The notes under the pieces: model-generated
Databases searched by the model: none
What the model was told of the DNA's origin: nothing
The model's input: the letters and a program-made list of their open reading frames with translations, nothing else
Assembly: GCA_016787485.1 (NCBI GenBank)
Contig: JAEUUL010000022.1
Span: forward strand, 51,887-115,886
From: Bacteroidota bacterium
GTDB taxonomy: Bacteria > Bacteroidota > Bacteroidia > NS11-12g > UBA955
DNA: 64,000 nucleotides
Reading direction: 5' to 3'
Translations under genes and position numbers: made by a program
Part shown: positions 37,709 to 48,476 of the stretch, one piece after another
Numbering within the stretch: the first letter of the stretch is position 1
How the letters are laid out: each line of letters begins with the position of its first letter

Positions 37709-40700
37709 ATGATCAAGAAAATACTGTTCTCATTGCTCGCAACCCTGTGCCTGAATGCCTATGGCCAATACAGCACCAATTCGGTTGCTCCTGTTGTTTT
37801 GCCTTCATACATGGCTGGTTCCCAGGGTGGAAGCCATGCCCTGCCCGTACTGTTTAAACTGCGCATCATTGGCATGGCGCCAAACAACAAGTACAAATAT
37901 GTTGTGCGTGGTATGTCTGCCGCCGACATGGCCAGTACCAACCTGTTTGCCGGAGCCGGAAACGGGCTTTATCCCGACACCGGTGGTATATGGCGCTATG
38001 TCAGCGGCACACCTTCATTTGCCAACAACAACCACGATACATTTACCACAAGTGGTGGCGGGGAATACGAAGGTTGGTTTGGCCTTGTAGCCACCAATGA
38101 TTCCCGTTTCAATGCAGGAAAAGCCATTTATCCCGGCCTTACCATTATCGGCATTGGCAATACCGACACATTCAGGGTTGCTTCCATTGATTCCATGCGG
38201 GTACTCAGCTTCAGCACAAGCAACGCTGCAGATACATCCTGCACAGGCATCTACGGCAAGAGTATGGGCACCGACCGCAATCTGGTTGCCCTCTACAACA
38301 ACAACACCGGTATGGGACGTCCCTTAAATGTAACCTACATTGAAAATGAAAAAGTAAACATTCCGAATCTGGTTTCCTTTTACAGCAATGTGGAAGGCAA
38401 AAGCGGATACTGGGCAGCCATCATGCCAAATACGAATTCTTTCGGTATTCGCCGCATTGAGCAAATCAGTCTGAAAACCAACCTGATTGTGTACGCCAAC
38501 AATGATGGAGATGGTATCTGGGGACCCTCCTCTAAATCCACCATAAATCCCACCGGTGGTCGCACAAGTCCGGTTTCTTTTGATGAAAACGACGCTGCCC
38601 TCACCCCTCCCATGGTTGAATACTGGACCGGAACGTCAACAAAAAAAGAGAATGATGGTGCTGTAGAAGTGTATGTTGTGCGCAAATACAGCAATGACCA
38701 GGCTCAATCTGTGCGGATTTTTGTAGCAGGCAATACCGCTACCAAAAATGCCGATTATACCATTGCCTCAGACCCCAAAACCATCACATTTAAGGCCAGT
38801 GGCGCCCAGGCCAATGATACAACAAAAATCACCATTACAGATGATCAGATTCATGAAGGCGATGAGACCATTGTGCTTTCCATGGACAATGCTTCAAACT
38901 GTGTGATTGGCGCGAACAAGGCCCACACCATGACCATCAAAGACAACGACACAGCCTATATCTCTGTTAAAAAGAAAACAGAAATCGTGAAAGAGTCGGC
39001 TGGCAAAGTGGGGATCACTGTAAAAATCGACAAAGCGGTAGGAACACCCAGTCAGTTGCGCTTGAGGGTGAAATCCAAAGGTTTTTTCACCAATATTCCG
39101 GCAGAATACAAACTGGGACAAAACAACACGGACTCGGTGATCACCCTGGGCAAAACCACAGGACCCGACAGCGTAACCATTTATGCCAGAGTGATTGATG
39201 AAAGCAATCCCGATGCAGATGATAGTGTGATACTGGTAGTTCGTCCCATTACAGGTGTTGCCAGACTGAAAGATTCACTGTGTACCCAGATTATGCAGGA
39301 CAATGACGGACCGTGCCACATCAAATTCCTGAACAAAACCGCTACAGCAAAAGAACCCGACGGAACCCTGAAGGTGAGAATATTGCTCGTGAAAAAGACA
39401 GATGCCGGCGGAGACTTCTCTCTCCGTTATATCTCCAGTGCTTCTTCTGCACAGGAGGGAGTTCGCTTTACCTATAATCCCACAAGCAAAATTTTCAACA
39501 TAGACAACACAACTCCGGATACAATCGATGTATCGGTTCCATTAATCAACGACAACATTTACCAACCCACCCAAAACATCATGTGGGGTCTGGGCTCTCT
39601 GAACAATGTGACTATCCTGAAACCCGACAGCTTCAATGTAACCCTGTTGAACGACGACTTGCCCCTGTATAAAATCGGAACCATCCGCAGCCAGAACAGC
39701 ACGGCAAAAACCCCGGACTCAAGCGGTGTGCGATGCCGGATCTCGGGCACAGTTTACGGAGGTAATCTCAGTGGCAATGGGGTAGAATTTACCTTGCGTG
39801 ACAATACCGGTGGCATCCTCGTTTCAAATCTTAAAAAGTATGGCTACAACGTTACAGAAGGTGACTCACTCCTGATTTCCGGCACAGTGCTCCCCAACAA
39901 TGGCCTGCCCATGTTTGGCACACTCGATACCATCATCAAAATAGCTGGCAGCCGCCCGCTGAATGCGGTGTCTGTGGTTACCACACTCAATGAAAGCACA
40001 GAAAGCAGACTGATTCAAAAACGCCGTGTAAAACTGGTAAACCCTGCAGAATGGCCTTCATCCGCCCTCAGTGCAAATTCAGGCAAATATGTGCGGATTC
40101 AAACCACTTCAGGAGTTACAGACAGTCTGTATATAGATGCAGAAACCGATCTGGACGGGACTACAGCACCGACCGGATATTTAAACGTAACCGGCATAGG
40201 CGGGCAGTCTGACCCCACAGCCCCTCACACCGTGGGCTACACCATTTGTCCGCGCAAACTCACAGACATTACCCCTGCATCGCTTCCGGTTGTAAAATTT
40301 GCCAAGGTGCGTGACACCATTACAGAACTGGCCGACTCCTTCCGCATGGATTTCAACATTGCACCTACCGATGAAAACTTCAGCTACGATATCGCTATAC
40401 AGAGCAGCAGTACTGCACAAAATCCGCGTGACTACAACTGGACTACCCGCACCATTAATGTGATTAAGAACAACTCATTCTATACCACAAAATGCAATAT
40501 CAGCGATGATGTGGTATCGGATGGTGATCAAACCCTTGTGTTTGTGATACGGAATATCAATGGTCCCGGTTCTGTGGGAACAGATAGTGCACTTACCCTG
40601 GTTATTCTAGACAATGAACCGAAAATCGGGGTGAAAACCTTTGCGGACGGCCAGATAAGAATGTATCCCAACCCAGCTGCACAGAAAGTGTTCCTGCGCA

Positions 40701-40879
40701 GCCCGGTTCAACTTGGCCTGGCAAGAATATTGGCGATAGATGGCCGTGAAGTGGCTGCATCAAACATTGCCGGGAACCAGACTGAAATCAACATTCAGCA
40801 TTTGAAACCGGGTATGTATATGGTACAGGTTACCACACTTGAAGGAGATACTTATACAGAATCCCTGATGATCCGTTAA
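37709..40879 (+). CDS. Large T9SS-secreted protein with Calx-beta-like domains and Por C-terminal sorting domain
   Basis: Signal peptide; Calx-beta-like DDQIHEGDETIVLSM...IKDND; C-terminal RMYPNPAAQKVFL...GMYMVQV. Confidence 0.7.
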   Translation: MIKKILFSLLATLCLNAYGQYSTNSVAPVVLPSYMAGSQGGSHALPVLFKLRIIGMAPNNKYKYVVRGMSAADMASTNLFAGAGNGLYPDTGGIWRYVSGTPSFANNNHDTFTTSGGGEYEGWFGLVATNDSRFNAGKAIYPGLTIIGIGNTDTFRVASIDSMRVLSFSTSNAADTSCTGIYGKSMGTDRNLVALYNNNTGMGRPLNVTYIENEKVNIPNLVSFYSNVEGKSGYWAAIMPNTNSFGIRRIEQISLKTNLIVYANNDGDGIWGPSSKSTINPTGGRTSPVSFDENDAALTPPMVEYWTGTSTKKENDGAVEVYVVRKYSNDQAQSVRIFVAGNTATKNADYTIASDPKTITFKASGAQANDTTKITITDDQIHEGDETIVLSMDNASNCVIGANKAHTMTIKDNDTAYISVKKKTEIVKESAGKVGITVKIDKAVGTPSQLRLRVKSKGFFTNIPAEYKLGQNNTDSVITLGKTTGPDSVTIYARVIDESNPDADDSVILVVRPITGVARLKDSLCTQIMQDNDGPCHIKFLNKTATAKEPDGTLKVRILLVKKTDAGGDFSLRYISSASSAQEGVRFTYNPTSKIFNIDNTTPDTIDVSVPLINDNIYQPTQNIMWGLGSLNNVTILKPDSFNVTLLNDDLPLYKIGTIRSQNSTAKTPDSSGVRCRISGTVYGGNLSGNGVEFTLRDNTGGILVSNLKKYGYNVTEGDSLLISGTVLPNNGLPMFGTLDTIIKIAGSRPLNAVSVVTTLNESTESRLIQKRRVKLVNPAEWPSSALSANSGKYVRIQTTSGVTDSLYIDAETDLDGTTAPTGYLNVTGIGGQSDPTAPHTVGYTICPRKLTDITPASLPVVKFAKVRDTITELADSFRMDFNIAPTDENFSYDIAIQSSSTAQNPRDYNWTTRTINVIKNNSFYTTKCNISDDVVSDGDQTLVFVIRNINGPGSVGTDSALTLVILDNEPKIGVKTFADGQIRMYPNPAAQKVFLRSPVQLGLARILAIDGREVAASNIAGNQTEINIQHLKPGMYMVQVTTLEGDTYTESLMIR

Positions 40880-40902
40880 CGGATTGAATCTGTTCATAAA
40901 AA

Positions 40903-40936
40903 AAAGCGCTGCTTTCATGCAGCGCTTTTTTTATGT
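40903..40936. terminator. Rho-independent terminator (aaaaaaAGCGCTGCtttcatGCAGCGCTttttttt)
   Basis: Perfect 8-bp GC-rich stem, 6-nt loop, flanking A-run and T-run. Confidence 0.75.
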
Positions 40937-40979
40937 GTGATAAGTCACATATATTATTGATAAACAATACCATATTCGT

Positions 40980-42353
40980 GTGTATATGAAATCATTGGCT
41001 CGATTGTTCGTGCTTAATTTTTTTCTGGTCTTCACTCAGGCCTGGGGTCAGATTCCAAATGCAGACATGGAACTATGGGATTCCTCTGTATTGCAGCACC
41101 CCACAGGATGGCGCCAGTATGGCTTCGCAAACAAGGTTGCAGGATACAAAAGCAGCTATGCAGCCAAAGTTTTTCGCACATCGGCACAAAACAGCGGACC
41201 CGGAGCCCTGATCTACGGCAATCCGGAAAATAATTTCACCGGAGGAATCCCTGTAAATGCGAGACCCGATTCAGTAGTGGGTTTCTTTAAAACCCATATT
41301 CCCACCGGTGATACGGGCTGGCTGCTGGTCTTTTTCAAGCGAAATGGACATACCATCAGTCAGGATATTTTTTATCTGCTGGGAACAGATTCGGCGCAAT
41401 TCAGGCGCAGGGCCTTCGGAATCAATTACAATGATACCGGCATAGCCGACAGTCTGATTATCGGGTTTGCCTCTACCAATCCGGACAATCCAATTGATGG
41501 GGGCTTCGTAGTAGCCGACAGTCTGCACTTTACCGGCGGTACAGGTCAGGTGCAGGTTCCCAATTCCAATTTTGAATCCTGGTTTCAGACTGTTGTTCAA
41601 ACCCCTTCGGGTTGGAACACATCCAACAACGCCGGCCTGCAAACCACACAACCTGTTACACGGAGTAACGACCACGTTTTCGGAAACCATTCTGCCAGAA
41701 TTCAGAACGTATGGTACGATGGTCAGCTGTCCTATGGATTTATTATGGCCGGAAGACAAAGCAATCAGGGGCCACCCGCACCGGGATTTGCCCTTACGGG
41801 CCGGGATTCTGCCTTTTACGTAAACTACAAGTTCTTTCCACAGGGTGATACCATGCAAATCGCCATCATCATATACGACTCTGGTCAGATGATCACCACG
41901 GGCAGTTTGTCGCAATCAGATTCAGTAAAAAACTGGACTCAGGTGAAAATCCCCATTCATTACCCCCAAAATTATACCGGAACCCCCGATAGTGCAGCCC
42001 TTTTTTGTGCCGCTTTCAAAGGCGGAAGCAATCCCCACGGTATGTCTGTACTTTATGTAGATGGCTTCAGATTAAATGTGCCTATGAACCATGTTCAAAA
42101 ATGGTCAATGCCTTTGCGGCTGTATCCCAATCCGGCAAATACAAACCTGAATCTGACCATGCACCATGCTTTGCCAACAGATATGAAACTTCGTGTAACT
42201 GATCTGACAGGAAAGGAAATTGCTGCAGGATATGCGATAACCGGCAGGAATACGCTGAAAATCGAAACCGCGCAATTGCCTGCTGGCACCTATCTATTCA
42301 AAATCAGCGGTACAGGATTACAAAACACAGGTCGTTTTCAGGTAATTCATTAA
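40980..42353 (+). CDS. T9SS-secreted hypothetical protein (Por C-terminal sorting domain)
   Basis: Signal peptide; C-terminus LYPNPANTNLNL...GTYLFKI. Confidence 0.65.
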   Translation: MYMKSLARLFVLNFFLVFTQAWGQIPNADMELWDSSVLQHPTGWRQYGFANKVAGYKSSYAAKVFRTSAQNSGPGALIYGNPENNFTGGIPVNARPDSVVGFFKTHIPTGDTGWLLVFFKRNGHTISQDIFYLLGTDSAQFRRRAFGINYNDTGIADSLIIGFASTNPDNPIDGGFVVADSLHFTGGTGQVQVPNSNFESWFQTVVQTPSGWNTSNNAGLQTTQPVTRSNDHVFGNHSARIQNVWYDGQLSYGFIMAGRQSNQGPPAPGFALTGRDSAFYVNYKFFPQGDTMQIAIIIYDSGQMITTGSLSQSDSVKNWTQVKIPIHYPQNYTGTPDSAALFCAAFKGGSNPHGMSVLYVDGFRLNVPMNHVQKWSMPLRLYPNPANTNLNLTMHHALPTDMKLRVTDLTGKEIAAGYAITGRNTLKIETAQLPAGTYLFKISGTGLQNTGRFQVIH

Positions 42354-42373
42354 CACAAACCGGGCTCAAAAAA

Positions 42374-45328
42374 TCAATAACCAAAGAGTTCTTCCATACT
42401 CAGTTCTTTTACCTTGCCGTAGCGTGCCAGATCTTTCAGGCCCACTTTTTCCCTGCTGCCTGTCACGGTCATGGCATATTTGCGGTTTGCAAAGTGTTTT
42501 TGATGAAAGGCCATAATGTCCGACAATTGGATCGTGGGCAGTTGCTTATATACCTCTGATCTCGGATCTGTTTTCAACCCTTTTTCCTGCAGGGCAAAAT
42601 AATATTGCACAAGCCCGGCTTCTTCTACCCGTTCTGTCTCAAGTCTGCTCAACAGGCTCTGGCGCGCGAGTTCAAACACATTGGTATCTGCCGGTATTTT
42701 TTGAAGCAATTCATTCATAGCGGCTGCGGACTCATGCAATTTGTCAGCTTGTGTGCCCACCATGGCTATCAGGGTATTGGGTTTACCCGCCCGCGATGCC
42801 AGATTGTAACCAGCATACGTGTTATATGCCAGTGCCTTGGATTCCCTTATACTTTGAAAAACCACACTGCTCATATCACCCCCGAAATACTGGTTAAACA
42901 AACCTGAAATGCCTTCTTCAGACGGTTGATAAATCTCATCTGTTGCCACCCAATATACCGTGGCCTGAACCTGATTATAGTGGGCAAAATACACTTCGTT
43001 TTCAACAATTTTACGGGGTGTAAAATCCTTAGGCACAGCAGTTGGGATAAATTTGGCTGGCAACGCATGCCTCTCCTTCAGTGTGACTTTCAGTTCGGAT
43101 ATTTCCCGCTGACCATAATAATTGATTGCGTGAGATATGGTAAATAAAGACTGAATGATTTTTACAATTTCTTCTGCCTTTATACTCTTCAATTCTTCTG
43201 TACTCAATACCCATTTATTTGGATTGTCACTGCCATACATTGCATAAGCCGTAAGCATAGAACCTATGCTGCGGCTGCTGAGTTTGGCATCTGTCCTTCT
43301 TTTCTCAATACCCTGAATCATCGATTGAAATACCTGTGGTTCTGCAGAGATATTTTTCACCAGATTTTCGAGCAAAGAAATGGCGGTATTGAAATTTTCC
43401 TCAGGTCCATTCAGTGTAATATAACTGCGGCGGTCTTCGCTTCTGGCACTGAAACTGCAGCCCAGGGAATACATTCTGCGACTGATGGCATCAGCGCTGA
43501 TATCCCCGGTTCCGGCCAACTTCAGATATTCCATAGCCAGGGGCATCAATTTGTTGTGAAAACGACCGGATTCAATTCTGAATTGAAGTGTAAACAACCG
43601 GTTTTGTGTGTTCTGAACATAATACAGCGTAGCAGGCCCCATTTCGGTTTGCACAATGTCTTTCCCAAAGTCACAGAATACAGGTTGAACGGGATTTGTT
43701 TCTTCCTGCAGCCATTCAGTTACAAATGCGGATTGTTTGTCTCTGTTTAATTCAACCGGATGAATTTCAGGCTTCACAATTTTTTGAACGCCGGAATCCT
43801 GACCACGACGCTTAAATACCTCTACCCGGTCTGAATTGAGAAACTCCATGGCAAACTCCTGAATTTCTGCTTTGCGGATACGCGACATCTTCCACAATTC
43901 ATTAAACGTTTCCTGGTAGCCCTGCTTTGAAATAAATGCATCCAGCAAAAAATAGGTGCGGTTCTGGTTGCTGTTAAATCCGCTGATACGGCTTATTTCC
44001 TCATTCAGTATCACCGCACGCAGCATACTGTCTTCAAATTTACCCTCCCGTATCAATTGCATCTGACCCAACATCAGGTCTCTTACCTCCTCAAGAGACT
44101 GGCCGGCCCTGGGCCTGCCCGTGAGACTGAAAACACCGTAATCGTTCATCTGGTCCACACTGCTGCCGGCACTCAGCACCTTCATGGATTTGACAAGATT
44201 CAAATCCATCAACCCGGCCTGACTGTTGCTGAGCAACATATCCACCAGCCTTGCAATGCGTGCATTCTGGCTCCCTGCTTCAGGGGTCCTGTAACCAATG
44301 GTTACCCATTCAGCATCGGGTCCTTTAATCTCTATCTGTTTTGGTGCTGCGCGCAGCATTTCATACGTATACGTATACTCCGGCACTTCAGTGGATGTCA
44401 TCCAGGCAAAATGCTCTGCAATGCCATCTGCTGCTGCATCAGGATCGAAATCCCCGCACATAATGATGGCCATATTATTGGGTACATAATATTTTTTATA
44501 ATATTCCCTTATCGCGGTCAGGCTCGGATTTTTCAAATGTTCTACAGTGCCAATGGTTGTTTGTTTCCCGTAATTGTGGTTGCGGAACAATTCGGCCATC
44601 AACCGTTCATTCACCTTGCTGCCGTCCCTGTCCAGACTCATGTTTTTTTCCTCATACACGGCCTCAAGTTCGGTGTGAAACAGCCTGAGAACCGGGTAAC
44701 GGTATCGTTCACTTTCCAGTTCCAGCCACTTGTGCATCATGTTCGAGGGAATATCATTTACATACACAGTTTGGTCTGTGCTGGTAAAGGCATTGGTGCC
44801 AGCTGCCCCCATGGCCTGACACATTTTGTCATATTCATTGGCTATTGCCCACTTCGCTGCCAGGGCACTCACACTATCTATGCTGCGGTAAATCCGTTTG
44901 CGGGCACCTTCTTCTGCAGTATGATTGTACACCTCATACAGGGAATCCACCTGTTGCAAAAGGGGTTTCTCCTTTTCCCAGTTCAGGGTACCGTATTTGT
45001 TGGTTCCCTTAAACAGCATATGCTCCAGATAATGTGCCAGTCCTGTATGGTCTGCCGGGTCATTCTTGCTGCCGGTTCGCACTGCAATGGCTGTATATAT
45101 TCTGGGCTCCCGGTTGTTCGGACTTGCAATCAGCGTAAGCCCGTTTTTAAACGTGTAAACCCTCACATTCAACGGATCGCCTTCAAACCGGCGCATGGTC
45201 CATTTGGGTTCTTTATAGTCAGCATAGGTAGCCAGTCTTTGCTGTGCGTTTGCAATCAGTGCTATGCACAAGCCAATTCCCAGAAATACTTTTTTCAGCA
45301 TATAATCGTACAAAGTTAATTCCTGCAT
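42374..45328 (-). CDS. M16-family zinc peptidase (pitrilysin/insulinase-like, tandem M16 units), secreted
   Basis: HYLEHMLFKGT (HxxEH inverzincin motif); 984 aa. The start is probably at MLKKVFLGIGLCIALIANA (45301). Confidence 0.85.
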   Translation of the reverse strand: MQELTLYDYMLKKVFLGIGLCIALIANAQQRLATYADYKEPKWTMRRFEGDPLNVRVYTFKNGLTLIASPNNREPRIYTAIAVRTGSKNDPADHTGLAHYLEHMLFKGTNKYGTLNWEKEKPLLQQVDSLYEVYNHTAEEGARKRIYRSIDSVSALAAKWAIANEYDKMCQAMGAAGTNAFTSTDQTVYVNDIPSNMMHKWLELESERYRYPVLRLFHTELEAVYEEKNMSLDRDGSKVNERLMAELFRNHNYGKQTTIGTVEHLKNPSLTAIREYYKKYYVPNNMAIIMCGDFDPDAAADGIAEHFAWMTSTEVPEYTYTYEMLRAAPKQIEIKGPDAEWVTIGYRTPEAGSQNARIARLVDMLLSNSQAGLMDLNLVKSMKVLSAGSSVDQMNDYGVFSLTGRPRAGQSLEEVRDLMLGQMQLIREGKFEDSMLRAVILNEEISRISGFNSNQNRTYFLLDAFISKQGYQETFNELWKMSRIRKAEIQEFAMEFLNSDRVEVFKRRGQDSGVQKIVKPEIHPVELNRDKQSAFVTEWLQEETNPVQPVFCDFGKDIVQTEMGPATLYYVQNTQNRLFTLQFRIESGRFHNKLMPLAMEYLKLAGTGDISADAISRRMYSLGCSFSARSEDRRSYITLNGPEENFNTAISLLENLVKNISAEPQVFQSMIQGIEKRRTDAKLSSRSIGSMLTAYAMYGSDNPNKWVLSTEELKSIKAEEIVKIIQSLFTISHAINYYGQREISELKVTLKERHALPAKFIPTAVPKDFTPRKIVENEVYFAHYNQVQATVYWVATDEIYQPSEEGISGLFNQYFGGDMSSVVFQSIRESKALAYNTYAGYNLASRAGKPNTLIAMVGTQADKLHESAAAMNELLQKIPADTNVFELARQSLLSRLETERVEEAGLVQYYFALQEKGLKTDPRSEVYKQLPTIQLSDIMAFHQKHFANRKYAMTVTGSREKVGLKDLARYGKVKELSMEELFGY

Positions 45329-45359
45329 GGCAAAAGCCGTGCCTTAACAGAAATCCCGA

Positions 45360-46328
45360 TTAACGCGATCTGGACGACTTTTCCAGTTTTCTGAAATAAC
45401 GCCTGAAGAAAATGCTGTGTTTCAATGCCTCCAAATCCGCGTTGAGCAAGGCGGTACCTTTTTCCAGATTATTCACAGCAGATTCCAACTGTCTGCCTGT
45501 GGCTGTGTCTCTCAGCAGCTTGCCCAACGGGCTGTTGCGGTCTGCTTGTGCAGATTTCAATTCGGTCATCATCGCGCTTGCAGTATCAGCAACGTTCTCC
45601 AGCCTGGATACAGCATTTTTTACAGAAACTGACACGTTGGTGTCCCCGATCAATGTCTGCACCAGGTTGCCGGGAGTACGTATCTGCGTACCCACATCAC
45701 TGGCAGAAGCCAACAGACTCCGTGCATGTGCAGACGCAACCCGCAAATCATCCACGGTAGCCAGCAAACCTTCGTACAATTCATCCTCGGTAAGCAACCT
45801 GCCGGCTGAACCCTTTCCTTCGGCCAGTTTTTGGGTCAGTATTTTTAAATCCCGGGTAATGGCCAGCAAATTGTCATTGTTCTGCTCCAGGGTGCGCATT
45901 ACGTCTTCAGTACGTGTACCCTGTAAAAACCGCAATGTATCCCCTTCCTGAAGGGTGCGGACTCCGGGTGTGCCACCAAAAATGACCAGAATCCGGTTGC
46001 CGATAAGCCCATCCTTTGCCAGCTTCACCATCGCATTGCTGTATATATATGGCTGTACTTTCTGATCCACACGCATGGTCACTTCCACTGCACCCGGTTT
46101 GAATTCAAGCCGGCTTACTGTGCCTATTTTCACCCCGGAAAACCAAATATTGTTGCCTGCCTGCAAACCTTCAACATCCGCAATTCTTGCATAAATTCTT
46201 ATTTTCTTCACGAATGTCTCATGTATGTTGCCCACCATAAGTATTCCTGCACAAAGAATAAGTGTGCCGGCAAGAATAAACAGACCCAACCGTATATTTT
46301 TTTTTCGTAAATCTGCGTCCGTATTCAT
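45360..46328 (-). CDS. mlaD: MlaD/MCE-domain protein
   Basis: N-terminal TM helix followed by an MCE domain; operon with mlaF/mlaE. Confidence 0.75.
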   Translation of the reverse strand: MNTDADLRKKNIRLGLFILAGTLILCAGILMVGNIHETFVKKIRIYARIADVEGLQAGNNIWFSGVKIGTVSRLEFKPGAVEVTMRVDQKVQPYIYSNAMVKLAKDGLIGNRILVIFGGTPGVRTLQEGDTLRFLQGTRTEDVMRTLEQNNDNLLAITRDLKILTQKLAEGKGSAGRLLTEDELYEGLLATVDDLRVASAHARSLLASASDVGTQIRTPGNLVQTLIGDTNVSVSVKNAVSRLENVADTASAMMTELKSAQADRNSPLGKLLRDTATGRQLESAVNNLEKGTALLNADLEALKHSIFFRRYFRKLEKSSRSR

Positions 46329-47089
46329 TGAATAAAATTATAAGCGTAAAATCCGTTTATCCGTTCATCACTTCCATCAAAAACCTCATCAAAGGTACCT
46401 ATTCTGACAAATTTACCATCAAGCAGCATGGCAATTCTGTTACCGGTATTTCTGGCACAGGTTAAATCATGGGTGATAATGATGGAGGTGGTTTTATATC
46501 TTTCCTGCACCTCAAGAATCAATTCGTTAATTTCATTGGAAGTGATTGGATCCAAACCACCGGTAGGCTCATCATACAGCATAATCTCCGGCTTCATTAT
46601 CAGGGTCCGGGCCACGCCTACCCGTTTTCGCTGTCCGCCGGACAATTCTGCCGGCATCTGGTGTTTTTTATCCTGCAACCCTACAGCCTCCAGCACCTCA
46701 TCTACGGCCAAATCAATCTCTTTTCTCGACAGGTTTTTTATATTCATGGTCAGTGGAAATTCAAGGTTGCCTCCCACATCCATACTGTCGTACAATGCGC
46801 TGCTCTGAAATGAAAACCCCAGGCGCAAACGCAATGCATCCAAACTTTTTGAATCCAGTGTTTCTACTTTTTTCCCCAACATTTCCATGCTCCCAGAATC
46901 CGGTTTCAACAGTCCGGCAAGGAGTTTAATCAGCACCGATTTGCCACTGCCCGACCTGCCAAGCACAATCATATTCTCTCCTTTCCATACATCCAGATCT
47001 ATCCCGTTCAGCACCTGAAGGGAACCAAATGATATACACAATCCCCGGATAGAGATCATCGGCAAATCACTGTGTATCTGATTTTGCAT
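46325..47089 (-). CDS. mlaF: ABC transporter ATP-binding protein, MlaF-like
   Basis: Walker A GRSGSGKS, signature LSGGQRKRVGVAR, Walker B MLYDEPTGGLD. Confidence 0.85.
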   Translation of the reverse strand: MQNQIHSDLPMISIRGLCISFGSLQVLNGIDLDVWKGENMIVLGRSGSGKSVLIKLLAGLLKPDSGSMEMLGKKVETLDSKSLDALRLRLGFSFQSSALYDSMDVGGNLEFPLTMNIKNLSRKEIDLAVDEVLEAVGLQDKKHQMPAELSGGQRKRVGVARTLIMKPEIMLYDEPTGGLDPITSNEINELILEVQERYKTTSIIITHDLTCARNTGNRIAMLLDGKFVRIGTFDEVFDGSDERINGFYAYNFIQ

Positions 47090-47092
47090 ATC

Positions 47093-47896
47093 TTAATAAA
47101 ACCGAATCCAGTTGATCATCTGAACCAAAACAATTTCCTCCATGAACACGAGAAACATTCCTGTCACCACTGCCGAATTGGCTGCCAATCCCACACCCTG
47201 TGTGCCCTTAGATGCCCGGAAACCTTTGTAACAACCTACAATACCTACAGTGAATCCATATACAAAACTCTTGGCGGCAGAAGACCACAGATCGAGAAAA
47301 GTAATGGTAGAAAATGCATCCTGAAAATAGGAAATCAGGCTGGTAGCCTCGTTCGCATGTACATTAAAATAAGAACCGATAAGCCCGACAAATGCACTGT
47401 ACATAACCAATACAGGAATCATGAGTGTACAGGCCAGTGTGCGTGTTACAACCAGATATTTAAAAGGATTTATGGCAGACACTTCCATGGCTTCAATCTG
47501 CTCAGACACTTTCATACTGCCCAGTTCAGCCCCGATGTTTGAGCCAACTTTGCCTGCACAAATCAATGCTGTAACAAGGGGTGCCAGGGCGCGGATAACA
47601 GCAATGGCAATCAGCGACGGAAGCCAGCTTGTGGCACCGAAACTCTCCAGAGAAGGCCGCGATTGCTTGGTAAAAACAATACCTGTAACAAATCCTGTAA
47701 GAGAAATCAATGGAAGAGACATATATCCCACCATATAACATTGCCGCAATAACTCTTTGAAATGCCATGGGGGCACGAAGGCCTCCCTGAAAAACCGGAG
47801 CACAAACATCCAGGCATCATATACCCCGGCTCCCAGTTCTCCGAATCTATCTGCCAGGCTGAGGCTGCCTTTCTGTCCTGAACCACCCACACTCAC
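47093..47896 (-). CDS. mlaE: ABC transporter permease, MlaE-like
   Basis: ICAGKVGSNIGAELGSMKVSEQIEAM family signature. Confidence 0.8.
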   Translation of the reverse strand: MSVGGSGQKGSLSLADRFGELGAGVYDAWMFVLRFFREAFVPPWHFKELLRQCYMVGYMSLPLISLTGFVTGIVFTKQSRPSLESFGATSWLPSLIAIAVIRALAPLVTALICAGKVGSNIGAELGSMKVSEQIEAMEVSAINPFKYLVVTRTLACTLMIPVLVMYSAFVGLIGSYFNVHANEATSLISYFQDAFSTITFLDLWSSAAKSFVYGFTVGIVGCYKGFRASKGTQGVGLAANSAVVTGMFLVFMEEIVLVQMINWIRFY

Positions 47897-47976
47897 AGGG
47901 GCAAATTACTTATTTATCCCCTGCTTTGCAACTTTATATCAATTCCTGCTGACAGGCTTACTTTTGTACCCCCAAC

Positions 47977-48474
47977 ATGGATACCAACCGCATTTTTCTT
48001 GGCATTGGCAGCAATATGGACAATCGCTTTATGATGCTTTCCAAAGCGGTGGAAGAGATAGGCAAATACGCAGGAATTATCATTCAAACATCACCCGTAT
48101 ATGAAACCGCTGCATGGGGAAACACCAGACAAAATGCCTTTCTCAATCAGGTGGTTGAAATCAAGAGCAGACTGAGCCCAGCTGACTTAATGCAGAAATT
48201 GTTGCAGATTGAAAAATCCATGGGGCGTATGCGGGACCTGAAATGGGGTCCCAGACGGATTGATATAGATATTCTCTTCTATGGCCAGACCATTATAAAC
48301 AATACCGGTCTTCTCATACCACATCCACATATTCAGGACCGTCGTTTTGTGCTGCAGCCGCTGCTGGATATTGCACCGGGTTTTGTTCACCCGAAACTGA
48401 ATTTAACAATAGAAGAATTGCTGCATCGTTGTCCGGATTCTCTGCCGGTTACACGATACAATGAGGAAGCATAA
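47977..48474 (+). CDS. folK: 2-amino-4-hydroxy-6-hydroxymethyldihydropteridine diphosphokinase (HPPK)
   Basis: IFLGIGSNM...PRRIDIDILFYG; 165 aa. Confidence 0.85.
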   Translation: MDTNRIFLGIGSNMDNRFMMLSKAVEEIGKYAGIIIQTSPVYETAAWGNTRQNAFLNQVVEIKSRLSPADLMQKLLQIEKSMGRMRDLKWGPRRIDIDILFYGQTIINNTGLLIPHPHIQDRRFVLQPLLDIAPGFVHPKLNLTIEELLHRCPDSLPVTRYNEEA

Positions 48475-48476
48475 AC

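Noticed and set aside
44057-45319. 420 aa + strand ORF
   Set aside because: It is entirely antisense to the M16 peptidase gene, which carries the HxxEH signature, so it is a shadow ORF.
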